Positions 47,421 to 60,335 of a DNA stretch of 64,000 bases are shown in pieces. The notes below the pieces were generated by a model. The model worked only from the letters and a program-made list of their open reading frames with translations. It had not been told where the DNA came from and ran no database searches. This DNA is from Podarcis filfolensis (lineage: Eukaryota). The translations under genes were made by a program, and so were the position numbers. How positions within the stretch are numbered: position 1 is the first letter of the stretch; the number at the start of each line of letters is the position of its first letter. The stretch lies in assembly GCA_964270895.1 (NCBI GenBank), contig OZ185441.1, one strand, 5' to 3'.

Positions 47421-49509
47421 GGACTTTCTTCATGGTGGTGATTTAGCTTCATTATAGACGCTACAAGATTCATTCCAGGAGTTGAGGGACACAGTATTTT
47501 GTATATTGTATATCCCACTTCTCTTAATAACAAAACCTTTGCTCTGTGTCAAGAATTAGGAGGCTTGGCAATGACCAGGGTGGGGGCGGATAGTGTGGGA
47601 TGCTCTTATGCCTTTAACAGCAGTTTGTGTAGAAAAACAGGCAAACTTTTCACAAAACAGAAGTGCTGAGTTATTTTCAGGTCACTTCTCTTTTTTCTAA
47701 ACTAGGGCTGGAACCTTAGGTGTTGCTGGACTACAACTCCTATCAGTCCCAGCTAGCTTGGCCAATGGTCAGGGATGATGGGAGTTGTAGTTTAACAACA
47801 TCTGGAGAGCTAAAGGTCTCCCACTCCTCTAAACCAATAGAAATTATGTCTGTACTTTTGTCTGTACTTAACATCAGTCTGTAATACAAATTATCAGCAG
47901 AATCAATGTTACTGGGTTCTCTTGCTCAGTCCTACTTTCCAGGCTAGTGCATTTCCATCTATACCAGAGCAATAATGCAAAGATGTTATTGAACTCCCAA
48001 TGTCCCTGTCTGTCGGAGAGTTGCAGCCCAGCCTTTGATTAACCTGTGCCTTCAATTACCGTTAATTACGGCGCAAGATTCAGTATTTTTAGTTCTAAAA
48101 ATTAAAAGATCCCTTTTATTATTGTTACAAAAATATAATTTAAAAAGGTTTTTAGTTACAGTTCCTCTAGCTATCTCTGGGTATAGGATTTAGTGACCTC
48201 TTTCGGGAGTAGGAAGCTCCTCCGTTGTCCCACTCTTCCCTTTCAGCAACCAACCTTACCTGTAAAACAACAAATAAACACAAACAAATGGGCTTCAAAA
48301 ATGTATATGTAAAGTTTAAATATAGAAATAACCAGCATGTTTGCCCTATCTTGCTGTGGAATCCAAAACCCAGAACCACCCTGCGGAGATTATTAGACAG
48401 AAGCTTTTGCTGTATTGTTTCTGGTGCTCAGTTAAAAACTTTTTTCTTTCAGTAGGCCTACCTGGGCATGTGATTTTAACATACTTAAATTGTATTAGAT
48501 ACAATTGCTTTTAAAATGGCTGATTTTATATATATTTAACTTATTTTTAACATTCGCTTTTATCAGTATTTTATTTTAAACAAACATTTGACCTTGTCCT
48601 TTGTAAACTGCTTACGATGTCTCTACTTTCAAGTAAGCAGAAGATACATTTTCTCAAATAAATAAATAAAAATAACAATCTGCTGGGCTGCAGCGCACAA
48701 CTGCCTGCCTCCCCACCCATTCACGTCGCCAGTGACAGGGAGCTGCACAGAGGAAGTTGGCTGACGCTGAGTCTAACCATTGGCCCTTCTAGGTCAGCGT
48801 TGCCTCCTATGACTGGCAGCCCTCCAGAATTTCTGAGGGGGAATGCCCAGTCTTACTCAGAGATGCTGGAACTTGAACCCAGAACCTTCCACATGCAAAA
48901 CAGATGGTCTGTCGCTGAGCTATGACCCTTCCCCAAGTTCTCCCTCCTCTCTTTTTCTGCATTCTTGTTTTCCCTCCTTTTTCTCCTTGAAGGTCAGAAT
49001 TCAGACAGGTGTGGCCTTTCCCACCGTTACACCTGCAGTCTGGGAAAGGCTTCAGGGCCTAAAGGCAGAAGAGGAAGGTCTTGGCAGGAAGTTGATGCTC
49101 CATGAGGTGAAGCAAGTGAGCAGCCTAGCAGGGGACTAGAAGCTGCTGAGGAAGGAAAGGAGGCCCAGACCTTGACAACTTTCTCTCTACTGTCTCATGG
49201 GCCATTTCAGCAGAGGAGGCTTTCCTCACCACAGCGATGTGGTGAAGGGAGAATCTGCACCTGACAGAGTTTGCCCCCTGCTCTTCATTCCTTTCTCCCA
49301 TTACCCCGACATTACCAGCAATCCAAACGCAACTCTTGCAATTCAGGTGAGATTTGGGATGCGTTTAGGTGAGGCTGCGTCTAGCTTACGAAATTATTGG
49401 TGCAATTTTACACTGGTGTGACAGGATTTGGGCTTAATTTATCCAGACAAAGTTGGAGTAATCCAAGTTATGATGCGGCGTGACCCATGTCATTCTCTTG
49501 TGATGTTTC

Positions 49510-49623
49510 CAGTGCTTTTCTTTTCTGGGGGGACGCAGGGGTACGCACACCCCTAAACATTTTGTGAATCTAGGTTAGGCCTCATTGAGGGGCAATATTT
49601 CAACATGAGTAGGAAAATGAGAG
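49510..49623. repeat. Truncated MITE-like repeat abutting the Tc1 MITE
   Basis: CAGTGCTTTT…GGGACGCAGGGGTACGCACACCCCTAAACATTTTGTGAATC resembles a lacertid repeat (from memory). The opposite terminus is absent. Confidence 0.4.
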
Positions 49624-49625
49624 TA

Positions 49626-49851
49626 CAGTGGTACCTCAGGTTACATATGCTTCAGGTTACAGACTCCGCTAACCCAGAAATATTACCTCAGGTTAAGAAC
49701 TTTACTTCAGGATGAGAACAGAAATCGTGCTCCGGCGGCACGGTGGTAGCAGGAGGCCCCATTAGCTAAAGAGGTGCTTCAGGTTAAGAACAGTTTCAGG
49801 TTAAGTACAGACCTCCGGAACGAATTAAGTACTTAACCTGAGGTACCACTG
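49626..49851. mobile_element. Tc1/mariner (Tigger-like) MITE, copy 2 (226 bp)
   Basis: Perfect 18-bp TIR CAGTGGTACCTCAGGTTA / TAACCTGAGGTACCACTG with TA TSD (49624-25, 49852-53). Confidence 0.93.
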
Positions 49852-52558
49852 TACAGTACTTAGGCTACAGTACCAAGTCATAAAGAAAATGCCATTGATA
49901 GTGCGCTCAAGTGTTTACTACTATGGTGAATAAGTGCATCCTCGACAATCTCTATTTTTCTTGTTTCTGTGAGGGGAGATGGGTGTACTCTAATGGTATT
50001 GGCTCCTAGGTTGACATCATCAATGTCATGACACTATTAATAGTTTTCTTGTTAATCTGTTTCTTTTTATAGCTGATTCCCCCCCCCCCCCCGAATGTAG
50101 CCATTCCTCCTCCAAACGTGCACAGAATGAGGCTGATAAAGGCTTATATAACAAAAACAAAGATAGGTCAACTGGCATTTTCCCATCCAAAAAGAAAATC
50201 TTGAGTCATGTTCCTGGAAAAACCAATATTAACACCATATATGGCTTTGTTTAATGGTTAGCTCCATCAATGGAATTTTTCAAAAAACACTTTAGACTTA
50301 AACCCAAAACGAGTTGTGCATACATTTTTTAAAAAGGAAAACCTGTTGCTATGTTACAATTATCTTTTTTATTTTGGTAAATTCTAAGGCCGCAAACAGT
50401 TTAAACTGAGGATTAATCACCTAAGGGAACAATTATGCATAAGAAACTGGTGTAAAGAAAGATGGTGAAAATTAAGCTGGCATAAAGTTATGTTAGACCC
50501 AAATCCCATTCAGGAGCAAGGCTGCTGTTGGTTGAGGAGGCCCAATCCTGTCAGAGGGAAATCAAGTCTTTAAAATAGTTTAACTCACACTACCATTTTT
50601 TGCAGGTCACACGACCGCATATCCATCTTAAATCCTCCATTCCTGGTCACATCTCACTCTTTTGGGGGGATTTATGCCGGCCTTGAATTAGCCAGGTCTG
50701 GCCGAGATAGGATAAGCAAGTTATATAGGTGTATATTCAGCTAAAGCAGCACTGGGGATTTGCCAGTGGCTAAACCAGGATTCTCTTGGCTCATTCAGAG
50801 GTCTGCTGCACCGTAAACTGCTCACCCTAGCAGCTCTTGTCATACAATCGCCCCTCCAAAACAAGTTGGCTCATTGGAGAAACTGCTGAGCTGTTGGGAT
50901 ACATTTGTGTCTGGAATTAGGCTGTGGGTTGCTGTTCTATTTAGGAAATGAAGAAAGAAAACATTAAGGACAAGTAACAATGTGTGGTACCTCTTGTTTA
51001 TTACACTGTGTAGATTATCTTACACTTCCTCCAGGATCTAAACCCCATCCTCCTCCACTTATTTTGGATTTTGGTAATATGGAAACACATCTGAATGTAA
51101 TAAAGCGATTTGAATTAAGTTAGGCCCGATGATTAATCAGCTAAAATGATTTAATTGGCCAACAGTTCTCGAAATTACCAACTCTATGTGTGGTGTTCAT
51201 TCGAAGCTAGCTCAGGGGATTTGATGCTTGAGATGGAAAATTAAGGCAGCACACCTTTGGTAAAAACAAGTAAAACTAAATAATTGACAATTTTCTACCT
51301 AAGAGGTGTTTTCCTCATGGTAGAATCAGTCCTGTTTCATTTATAAAACTGCTGGAGGAAAGGCACTTTTCTCATACTAATTATAATTAAATCTTAATAT
51401 AGCTATTCAAATAACCCTATGCCTACTTGAAAATTAAGTCCATCAAAACCAAGAGGACCGACTCCAGAGAAAATATGTTTCAGCTGCTGAGGCAGGGAGG
51501 GGGAATTGGTTTTAAATATTCTGTTGTTTCTGGTACAGAAATGTAGCATAGGATAAAGCTTCACCCCCTATACTTTGCCCCTTTTGCTCCCCCTACCCTC
51601 TACTACCATATTAAACTGTAATGAAGACAACATAACTGAATCAAGGACAATCTGTTTTAAAGGATGCAGGAGCATAGCCACGCATAGGGCCAAAATATTT
51701 CACTTTTTACTCCCAGCTATATATTTATTTGTTTAACAAAGCTGATCTATCACATGATTGCACATAGAACCTCTAAGGCGGTTTGCAAAAAATTAAAAGA
51801 AACATTAAGATTGCTGAAAAAGACAGTTTGTTAAAAAGCAATTCAAATTATTATAATTAAAATCAAGAGCTACAAACAGATTAAGATCACTTTCAGCTTC
51901 TACATATCTAAATAAGCTTGCCTGAAGAAAAATGTTTTTAGCAAACACTGAAAAGGGCACAGTGAAGGCACCTGCTTGATGTCGGCATGCTGCCATGCTA
52001 ATTAATATCATGCAGCACCTCTAACAGTGATTATTCAACCACAGATCAAAGCAGCCAAGTGGACACTTACTGGGTAAGGCAATCCCTCAAGTAAACTGGT
52101 GCCAAGCTGTTAAGGACTTTATATACTAATAGCAACGCCTTGAACTTACCCAGTAACAAGCAATATTGCACGCAAATGTCATATAGCTATGGAAAGTTTT
52201 GACGCCTCCCCCCAAATACAGATTTCTCAAAGTTGACTTAGATAATATTTTAACAGTGCAATCTATAGAAGTCTACTCAGAAGTAAACCCTATGGAATTC
52301 AGTGGGACTTCCCTCCAAGTGCGTTGCAGCTTAAGTGGTGGTGTTTATATGTTGAAAACGTTGCTTTTTAAAAAGCTATTAATACCTAAATTATGCACTG
52401 TAAAAACATCTTTTTAACTTGGCCCTGGAGCAAAACAAACATTAAATACCATCTTCATAAGTGAGTTAGGATAATCTGATATACTTCCTACAATGGATTT
52501 CATGGTTGAAAACTTCATGGAGGTTATAGAAAATCGAGTCCTCCTCACAGAGGGCACA

Positions 52559-53311
52559 TGTTGGGTGAGATCATAAGGACTGACCTCACTGTGTGGGTGG
52601 GTGGGAGTGATTGGATAGCCACCACAACCAGATTGGTGGTCCCTCGGTTGCTGGGCAGATCTAGCCAATGGGGAATTTTGTGTATTAACTGAGGGACCTT
52701 TATATACCACTGCACCTTGCGTAGAGCTTCCTCTTTTCGCTTCGCGCACCGGATCACCTGCCCACGCTCCCTATATTTAGGGTCTTGTTATGACCTTGCT
52801 ATGCCGTTGTGGGTCGTCTGTTCTTGGGACAGGGGCCCGGTAGGAATTTTCCCATTTGGCTGATTGGCTGGTGCCACTTGGGCTTTGTAAGGTTTGGCAG
52901 TTAGGCATTGGTTCAAGGTAGTCTGGAGGCCGGCGGGGTTGGAGCACCTGTCCCCTCCAATGTGCAAAGGTTTCCGTTAAAGGAATCCAGGGATTCGCCA
53001 TGCTTTTGTCAACCACTTTTTTTGGGGGGGTAGGGCCACGCAAGAGTCCCTGGGGGTGTTTGGGGTGAGCTTGAGTCTGATCCTGGACCATTGCTTCCTC
53101 ACGATGTTTACCTGCACTGACGATATGGTGGGGCCTAGTCATCAGTGCTGCTCTGCTGAGGTCAGGTGCAGCTAGTTGGGAACCAATGCCTAAACAAACC
53201 ACTCACTATTTGTAATCAATAAAGTTGTGGCCAAAATTATGCTAATAACCTAAAACTAAATTCCGTGTCAATTGTGTCTTTATTGTGTCTTTATTTATGG
53301 GGATCTTAACA
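52559..53311 (+). mobile_element. Solo LTR (~753 bp)
   Basis: Termini TGTT…AACA with 4-bp TSD CACA (52555-58, 53312-15). CCAAT at 52665, TATATA at 52701 and AATAAA at 53218. Confidence 0.75.
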
Positions 53312-56300
53312 CACAACATATAGAGATTCAGAATGGGATGCATGTTTTTAAGTAATGTCCAGTACTGCTAGCTTCTTAAATTACTATGTTACATTATTAT
53401 TTCCACTACTATTTGCTTATGAAATTATAATGCACAAAAAGTATCTGTGGTGAATAAAAAAAATGGAAATGGATATATGCAGAATGTATCGGATGGTTCA
53501 ATCCAGTTCATTCATCATTTGAAGATCTGTATCATTTGCAGCTTCACAGTAGATTACTGCCATGTGCAGAACTGATTACACAACTTTTTGTGAATGGGTT
53601 CTTACAACACCTACTGCAACAATCCTTCAAAGCTGTACGCTGGAGGAAACAATTAAAGACAAATTTAAGGGCAATCAACTACATTTTGATTATATTAATG
53701 GCATTGAAATGCTTACTTGGAAAGCTGAATTAGAAAAACAACAACAACGTATTGGAATGGTGGTGGGGATGACTCTCAAAATGAATGCACGCAACTCCCA
53801 CCTGCCGATCACAGAAGTAAAATATTTTTGAACCACTTACTTTGCACAATAGTCAGTGTGTCACTGACTAGGCCAAACACTGTCTAGAATGTAAGGCTAG
53901 CAGAAGATTACAGACAAAATGTTTTGGAACTAGTGGAAAAGGAAAAATTGGGGTTTAGCACTAGCCAAAGATTCTGCAGAGGAAGAGGTCCCCCCCCCAT
54001 GTATTTTTTCCCCTTTTTAGTTATTGGCAGAACTGGTTTGAGTTTCCCAGCTACATTTCTTGTAATCTGAAGCTATGAAGAAGGTGGCTCAGCCTAAAAT
54101 GAAAAACATGTTTTCTCTAACTAAAATTCATCATTTCAGCTAGGTGGTGGGAAACACTATTAAAGGTAATTCATTTGTGGTATTGCACCCTGGTTAAATT
54201 GGGGGCACATAGCTAGCGGCTTGCTGGATGGGTTGCAATTTGCAATGGTGGTTCTATTGCATGTCATGAAGTTGTCCTGTTGTGAACACCTTTAAAGTTA
54301 GGCCTTTTCAGTAATTTTTAGCAATTGTTGAGCGGCTAGTAAATCCCAATCCAAGACCAGCATGGTTACCCATATTTCCTGAAGAAATACAAGGACTAAT
54401 ATACAATGAACAAATCAGTTTTCTATTGGTGGTACCACATTTGGAGATTGTGCATCACTGCTATTGCACCACCCCATTTGTGCTACAAGGTTGGTGTGCT
54501 AAGGCAGGGGTCTGCAAATTTAATAGAGCATTTTATCCAATTTGCTGTTCCATAGCACAGCAAAATACACCTTAAAAATCCAACATCATCTAGAAACTCG
54601 CAAGGCAGAAATATTCAGAACTTCCATAGCAACCTAATTCAGTTACAGGCTTTCATATTATTAAGCAGATGTTTTCCCCAAGGTGTCTGCTCTAAATCAT
54701 CCTTCTCATATTCTAAGCCCATTCAGTTTTCATCCATGGGTCAGGATCAAAAGGTCTAACCAATCTTCGAGAAAAGAAATGTAAGGGTAACACAATTTAG
54801 GCTGCCACTTACCGGGGAGTAAACCTAATTTTACTCGGTGAATCTTAGACATCTATGGAAGTGTGCTGTAAATCTGGTCCCAGGTCAATAACCACGGATA
54901 ACATCTCTAAGCCATCTCACATTATCAAATGCTAAATGATACTAACAGAATGCTGGGTTATATTTTGTGCACGGCTGTAGTTTTCAGCAGTACTGTTTTG
55001 TGGCAGAAGGCTTCGCTTCAGCATTACAATAGTCCATTGCAGCTTTGTTAGCCTCGCATTATATCTATATATCTTCCACACCTCTGTGTGTGCGCGCACA
55101 CACACATGCACATAAGCACACACATATACTTCTTTCAGACAAGAGCTAATGGTTAAGTCACATTATTTTTATACACACAGGAATCTGAGCTAGTCCCAAA
55201 AAGAAAGACAAGCCAGTCAAGGATAGTTTTTGTGTCCGATGTCCATATTTATAAATTTGACCTGCATCATTGGAGAATTTTTTTTGCAGTTAAATTGCTC
55301 GGTACCTGTTTAATTATAAGCAGTATTGTTCTCTTAGCACAAAACCTTTCTCTGTTACTACAGGTCTTTTGTGCAATATTAGGGTATGGGAATAATAAAG
55401 TTAAGAGGTTGTGGCTACCCAAAAATTTGACTGTTTGAATTGTTTGGTAGATTTCAGGAAGCCATAATCAATGCTACGCTCAAGAAGAAATGCTGAACTT
55501 GTTTCAGAAATCCAAAACCTTTCCCATCTATTGGAAGCGACAAGATTAATTCTAAATTAAGTATTTAGGTTTCATGTTGTTATGGAATGGAAGGGGCAAA
55601 AATAAGTGGCGACTAGGCAATAAGAAACTGTGGGCTGGAGGTAGGGAAGAATTGTCACCTACAACACCAAAATATCTAAGGTAAACAAAATATCTAAGGG
55701 TAACTCTGAAGGCCAGAGTGCTCAAACTTATTAAGTTTGATTAAGCTCTCTCCTCTGCCCTGAACTTACTCACCTGAGGCTCTACAAAGCAGTGCAGTGC
55801 ACAGCAACAACAGTAACACCACCTGCAAGCACCTTGAGAATGCCCTCTGGAGATATTCCATGACAGATTTGCCTCTCTGCTAACAGCAAGTAACATTTCA
55901 GTGTCTATCAAATTGAATATTCTGAGAACAAGCAGGCAGGGATAAAAGTGGTTTGTATTGAAGCGTTCAAAGCGCTTCACGTATAATACCTCAGTAATTT
56001 TCACAACAACCCAGTAAGGTAGGGAGAATATTGTTATCCCCGTATCGCAGATGGGGTTGGATTTCCTAGCATCACTTACTGCCTTCAGGTCGTTATTTCC
56101 TTAATAAGCTGAGCTATACTTTTTAGCTTTTGTCTACATATGTAGCCTTTCTCTCCTTTTTTCCAAACTGGAAAACTGCAGTTACCAGCTTTTTAACAAG
56201 CCGGTATCTTAAACCATGGCTTAATCTTAGTTTGAGATGATAGCTTGCTCAAAATCTTGAAACCATTTCACTGAGCCATGCTGTAAGGGGAGCAGCATTT

Positions 56301-57069
56301 TATTTGTATTCCAGCAGTTAGGGCTGAGCACCATTTGATTAATGAACAGTAGTGGCCAATGTGGTGGGGTTAGGTTGCCCTCCCAATGCTGATGATTCTA
56401 ACGTTGTGACAGCTTACCTGGAGGTGGTGAAGCCAGGGCACCTCAGATGCACCAGCACTGGCTCACCTGGTGCATCTGCACAGCTCCAGTCTCACTCCTG
56501 CCCTGGCCCACCAACAGCCAGGTAAGCTGCAATGACACCAGTGTTGCAAGTGCTGCTCTGCTACTGCTAATAAATAGGGTGTTTGCTGTGCAGGCAAAAG
56601 GCTTGTGTGTTTCTTTTATTAAACTTTGGTACAATTGTCCTCATGCTGATGTAAGATGGTTGGGGCCATCACACTCTTCTCCACTGTGCTTTGTATACGG
56701 ACACTAAACAGCAGCTACTGGGAAGAGACTTGTTGGCATTTTAAAGTTGCTCTGTCACTATACATAGAAGCAAGTGGTAGTGAGATACACTGTAGAAAAT
56801 GACTTTCCCCTTTTAACAGGTGCAGGAACAGGGGATACTGATCATGTGTTATGATTTTGGAAAAAACAGAACTAGAACACAGTGGATATGTGGAGATGCA
56901 AAGATTTCCAAATGTATAGACTGTGCATTTAATAGTTGTGAGGGAACAGGAAGCTTCAGTAAGTACAGCTTTTCTCACACTTGCATGCAAAGCTGTATCT
57001 GCCAAATTTTCTTCTTTTTTGCACCTGTAAAAAAAATATAGGAACCCTATGTTGTTTTAAATTATGAAA

Positions 57070-57091
57070 ACACACACACACACACACACAC
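57070..57091 (+). repeat. (AC)n microsatellite
   Basis: Direct read of the sequence. Confidence 0.9.
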
Positions 57092-59966
57092 GAGTGATTG
57101 GCTCTTGCAACTGGCTGGACAACTTGGTTAGCCAGAGGTGACTTAACCGCATTCCCCAGCATGCCAGGAATAGTTTCTTGAAAGTGAAATGACATGAGTT
57201 AAACATGGGGGCAACTGTGAAGAAACAGATGTTTGTTTAGCAACATCAAGAATCCCCTCTGTTGTAATTCTGCTGGGCTTTGAATGGGTTAAAATTCCAC
57301 GAACTTGGTGAAAGGTGCTTGTAAACACAGGCTCTCTCTGGCATTCTCACATTTCGTGAGCAAATATTTCACTGCCGGGTTTCAGAGATTATACATTGGT
57401 GTTTATGAAAAAGGATTGTGCAAGGCAAAACACATGGAGCACCCATCTTTAATCAGACTGGTAGTTCCCTATAAGAGACCAGGTTCCCTGCTCCTTTCAC
57501 AGTGTGTGCCAAAGCCCCATCTAATGTGCAAAAAAAACTCTAGTAAAAAACAGCTTTGTGTTCTTGCCTTATGGAACTCCCTTCAAAGAGATGTAGTCGA
57601 TAGGACTTTTGTGATCAGTAAGTTACTACAACTCCCATAATCCATAGCTAGAAGGACCGGTGGTCAGGGATGATGGGCATTGTAGTCCAAAAACAGCTGG
57701 GAAACTCTGGTCTAAGTCAAGCCTGCCCTTTGAAATCAAACAGGATCTTGTAACCCACTTTTCCTCCGCCTTCCAAGCTGAACACAGATGGCAAGATTTG
57801 ATCAGATTCTTATCTTAGCTGTCTACCTGGGGCTGCAAAACAGGAGGGTTGTTGAGCGGTCAGTGGAGCACATGGTTCATATCCTGTGTTCATCTTGGCA
57901 GTTTACAGGTTACTCTAATCCAGGGCTGGCTATGGCTTTCAATGTGTTGTTGGACTTCAGCTCATCTCAGCCCCAGCAAGCGTGCCCTGTGGTCAGGGAT
58001 GATGAGAGCTGTGTTCCAGTAACATCTGGGCCCCCTCAGGCTAGCCACCCGTGTTCTAAACAAAATGCTTTTTCAGTGCTGTGCTACCTTTTGGCTTCAG
58101 TGATTCCTGGGATCATTTCCAAACGTTGCCATTTCACTTGGTTGAATATGTACTATGATGTTAACTGTATTATTTCAGACCTTCCCTGTTTACCGACCTA
58201 TATGATTCTGACACTTAGGGCTTGATTTTTGAAGCCATCATCCAAGAATCTGGTATGTGAGCACGAAAGAATTCTTAATAAATCAGCAGAAATATCCTAG
58301 CAGAGATGTTGCAACTTGCTGTGCACACCATTCAGGTTGTAGAATTATGACTGCAAATACCCCATTAATATTGTATTAGCAAAACATGTTTTGTGCCAGC
58401 TGCTTCTTCTCTTAGAATATATTCTGAGTGATTCCCATTTCCCACCACAGAATCTACAGCTGTTGATTTTTTTTTCCTGATATTGTTGTCTTTAACGTTT
58501 CAGTTGTGGTTGTCTGTAGAATAAAGCTAGACAATGGCTGCTGCAGGGCTTTTGACTGTCAAGCCCACATACACAAATCTCTTGAATAAATGCTATTAAA
58601 CATTATAACTAACAAGCTGTACTTCGTATTACCTTTTGGCTTTAATAATTCTGAGAATGATATTTGTTGGTTTGTTATATCTATTGGCATACAGTAAATA
58701 TGTTCCAGTTTCTTCATTGGCAGTTGCACAAATTATTGCTATTGTTCTCAGACTATTGAATTTGAAACCAAAGTTGCTTTTACTCATGAATTATCATAGA
58801 AATCATCTCAAAATCCAAACATCAACTCTCACCTCCTGTCTTGTTTTTCATTTTGATTTGTTAATGGATCATACTAGTTCCACGCCACAATTATGCTCTG
58901 AAATGGTTTTATTAAATTATATTGTGCCAGTGGTGCCTCAATAGAAACTAGAAATGTGTTTGCTGTTTTCGGTATGCTATAATGTGTAATGTCTCGTTTA
59001 TTATATTCTTTGTTTTGTAGATTCCGTCCTGTCTTGCTGATGTAAACTTCCACAAGACATTGCAAGCAGGTAAGGCTATGTAATACTGGTAAATGTGCAG
59101 AAGGAGCATGGCTGATTGTCGTTGTGGTTCTGTTTGTTTGTTTTTAGTGTTCCAGTAATAATGATGTGTGTTGTTCATGCTTATCAAGATATTACAATAC
59201 ATATCTTGTTGGTTGTGTATGGGCACTGGCTGTGGTGAGCAATGCATGCATACTTTTGGACATGTCTGGCGGTACACATTGCTTTTGACACTTGAGTGCT
59301 GGATGAAATTCCTTAAGCAAACAAGCAAAGATATCCATCGATCCATTGTGAATTCTCCTTTTATTTAGCTGTCCTGTGTGGGGATCTGACAGGTTTGTTG
59401 TACAGGAACTAGCATTAAGTATGCTAAGATACGTGCACTACTTCTCCACATCTCCCTTTGTGGGTTAATTACAAAATCATATCACTTAATAGAGATGCTA
59501 AGATTGTTCTCTGCATCACCCTTGCTCTTGGCTATAGAAGGGACCTGGGCAAAGCAGCCAAGCTGAGCCATTCTCTTTCCTGCCTGGTATACTTCAACAG
59601 CCTGGCTTGTGTTTTTATTTATTTAATTCATTTGCTTTAAGTAGTATAGTTTTAAAAAGCAATGAATGGATATGAAAAATACAACAAGAGATCATGAAGC
59701 CCAAACATATGTAGTTAGGCAGCAATCCTGTACCCACTTAGCTGGGAGCAAAATGTCTATTTAGGAATGCCTAGCTTGCCTGTGATCAGAATGTTAGGAT
59801 GAGTTGGGATATGAATGTACATCACACAGCCTCAGAGCTACAGATTTTGCCTTGGGGGCAAAAAATTGCACTGCTGCCCCCCTCTCCCTAAGCTTGCAAA
59901 CCAGCAACCCAAAATAAATGGGGAAAGCCACATGTCCTGAAAGATTCCTACAGAAAGCCTCTTACG

Positions 59967-60293
59967 CTGAAGGAACGTCTCCACCCCCATTGTTCTGCCC
60001 GGACGCTGAGATCCAGCGCCGAGGGCCTTCTGGTGGTTCCCTCACTGCGAGAAGCAAAGCTACAGGGAACCAGGCAGAGGGCCTTCTCGGTAGTGGTGCC
60101 TGCCCTGTGGAACGCCCTCCCATCAGATGTCAAAGCGATAAACAACTACCTGACATTCAGAAGACATCTTAAGGCAGCCCTGTTCAGGGAAGTTTTTAAT
60201 GTGTGATTTTAGTGATTTTAGTGTATTTTTGGTTTCTGTGGAAGCCGCCCAGAGTGGCTGGGGAAACCCAGCCAGATGGGCAGGGTACAAATA

Positions 60294-60335
<42 letters not shown>
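59967..60335 (+). mobile_element. Young 5'-truncated L2 LINE 3' end with an (ATT)n tail
   Basis: Intact 79-codon ORF2 C-terminus LKERLHPHCSARTLRSSAEGLLVVP…RAFSVVVPALWNALP…FRRHLKAALFREVFNV* (stop 60204-60206), then a 3' UTR and (ATT)~13 at 60295-60335. Confidence 0.9.

Noticed and set aside
24293-58536. Exact 17-mer AATAAAGCTAGACAATG at both 24293-24309 and 58520-58536
   Set aside because: One such match is plausible by chance in 64 kb of AT-rich DNA (roughly 0.1 expected before composition bias), and the flanks do not align.
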